From NCBI RefSeq assembly GCF_030144855.1, contig NC_082722.1, positions 27,280,001 to 27,344,000 on the forward strand: a stretch of 64,000 nucleotides of DNA. The letters are read 5' to 3'. The notes beneath the pieces are model-generated. The model was given only the letters and a program-made list of their open reading frames with translations, had not been told where the DNA came from and searched no databases. The DNA is from Hypanus sabinus (taxonomy: Eukaryota). The translations under genes were made by a program, and so were the position numbers. Within the stretch, counting starts at the first letter, position 1. Every line of letters starts with the position of its first letter. Of the stretch, positions 62,701 through 64,000 are shown one piece after another.

Positions 62701-63630
62701 AGACGAGGGATTTAAATGAAGCATCTCCAAGTTTGCGGATGACACGAAGCTGGGCGGCGGTTTTAGCTGTGAGGTGGATGTTAGGAGGATGCAGGGTGAC
62801 TTGGATAGGTTAGGTGATTGGGCAAATTCATAGCAGATGCAATTTAATGTGGATAAATGTGAGGTTATCTACTTTGGTTGCAAGAACAGGAAAACAGATT
62901 ATTATATGAACGGTGGCCGATTAGGAAAAAGGGAGATGCAACGAGACCTGGGTGTCATTGTACATCAGTCATTGAAGCTGGGCATGCAGGTACAGCAGGC
63001 GATGAAAATGGGGAATTATATGTTAGCATTCATAGTGAAATGATTTGAGTACAGGAGCAGGGAGGTTCTATTGCAGTTGTACAAGGCCTTGAATATTGGT
63101 CCCCTGATCTGCGGAAAGACATTCTTGCCATAGAGGCAGTACAGAGAATGTTCAGCAGATTGATTCCTGGGATGACAGGACTTTCATATGAAGAAAGACT
63201 GGATCGACTAGGCTTACACTCACTAGAATTTAGAAGATAGAGGGGGGCGGATCTTATTAAAAGGTACAAAATTCTAAAGGGTTTGGACAGGCTAGATGCA
63301 GGAAAATTATGTTCGATGCTGGGGAAGTCCAGAATGAGGGGTCACAGTTTAAAGATAAAGGGGAAGCCTTCTAGGACCGAGATAAGGAAAAACTTCTTCA
63401 CACAGAGAGTGGTGAAACTGTGGAATTCTCAGCCACAGGAAACAGTTGAGGCCGGTTCATTGGCTATACTTAAGAGGAAGTTAGATATGGCCCTTGTGGC
63501 TAAAGGGATCAGGGGTTATGGAGAGAAAGCAGGTACAGGGTTCTGAGTTGGATGATCAGCCATGATCATACTGAATGGCTGTGCAGGCTCGAAGGGCTGA
63601 ATGGGCTACTCCTGCAACTATTTTCTATGT
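59730..63630 (+). mobile_element. Near full-length decayed CR1 LINE (ORF1 zinc-finger/esterase plus ORF2)
   Basis: IGDPIVRG..CCLPGARIKDV..VHIGTND (esterase); LCVNVRSIRTKVDEL..VYRPP..MGDFN..LDWVL (APE); GPDGLHPRVL and gcggatgac (RT); ttctatgtttcta tail. Confidence 0.93.
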
Positions 63631-63634
63631 TTCT

Positions 63635-64000
63635 ATTGCTGCCCCGTTGTCCTTCCTGCAAATGTCCCTACCCAGTCAACTTTAACCATATCCCTCTCAT
63701 GCCATTGTAATTTCCTTTATTCCACTGAAATACCGACACATTGGATTTTATTTTCCCATCTGAAATTTGAATGTGAACTGCATCGTATTATGGTCGAGCT
63801 TAGGCATTCCTTAACCCTAAAGTCACTTATCACTTCCGAATCATTGCACAACACCTAATCCAGCACAGCCGATCCCCTAGTGGGGTCAACAGCAAGCTGA
63901 TCTAAAAAGCAATCCCTTGGACATTCTGCAAATTCCCTCTCTTAAGATACAGTGCTGAGCTGGTTTTCTCAATCCACTTTCATGTTAAAATCCCCAATCA
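63635..64000 (-). mobile_element. CR1 internal fragment
   Basis: Similar to 27760-28060 (APE C-terminal region) on the minus strand. Confidence 0.75.

Overview
Eukaryotic, repeat-dominated genomic DNA. The repeat inventory (CR1 LINEs, Rex/Babar LINEs, Penelope-like fragments, HE1/V-SINE-like pieces) points to a cartilaginous fish, possibly a ray; this taxon is inferred from repeat families only. Most listed ORFs are decayed retroelement or hAT transposase fragments. The one well-supported host gene is a minus-strand immunoglobulin-superfamily receptor assembled by hand from phase-compatible exons: signal peptide plus germline-joined VJ-type V domain (43421-43768), C1-set domain (39292-39585), transmembrane exon with an intramembrane Arg (37921-38025) and a short, motif-poor tail (37229-37276, 36998-37035). 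This is a non-rearranging VJ-C1-TM(R) receptor architecture between NKp30/SIRP-beta and antigen-receptor chains. The locus also carries three old duplications: an inverted copy of the gene's 3' half at about 5.75-14.3 kb with no recognisable exons, and direct duplications 32.6/47.2 kb and 25.1/51.6-53.4 kb. Other notable items are a BovB-like RTE LINE, a solo LTR, a Buster-type hAT remnant and degenerate minimal hammerhead-ribozyme motifs in the Penelope-like copies. Repeat boundaries are by eye and approximate; exon boundaries were read base by base. No expression or database evidence was available.
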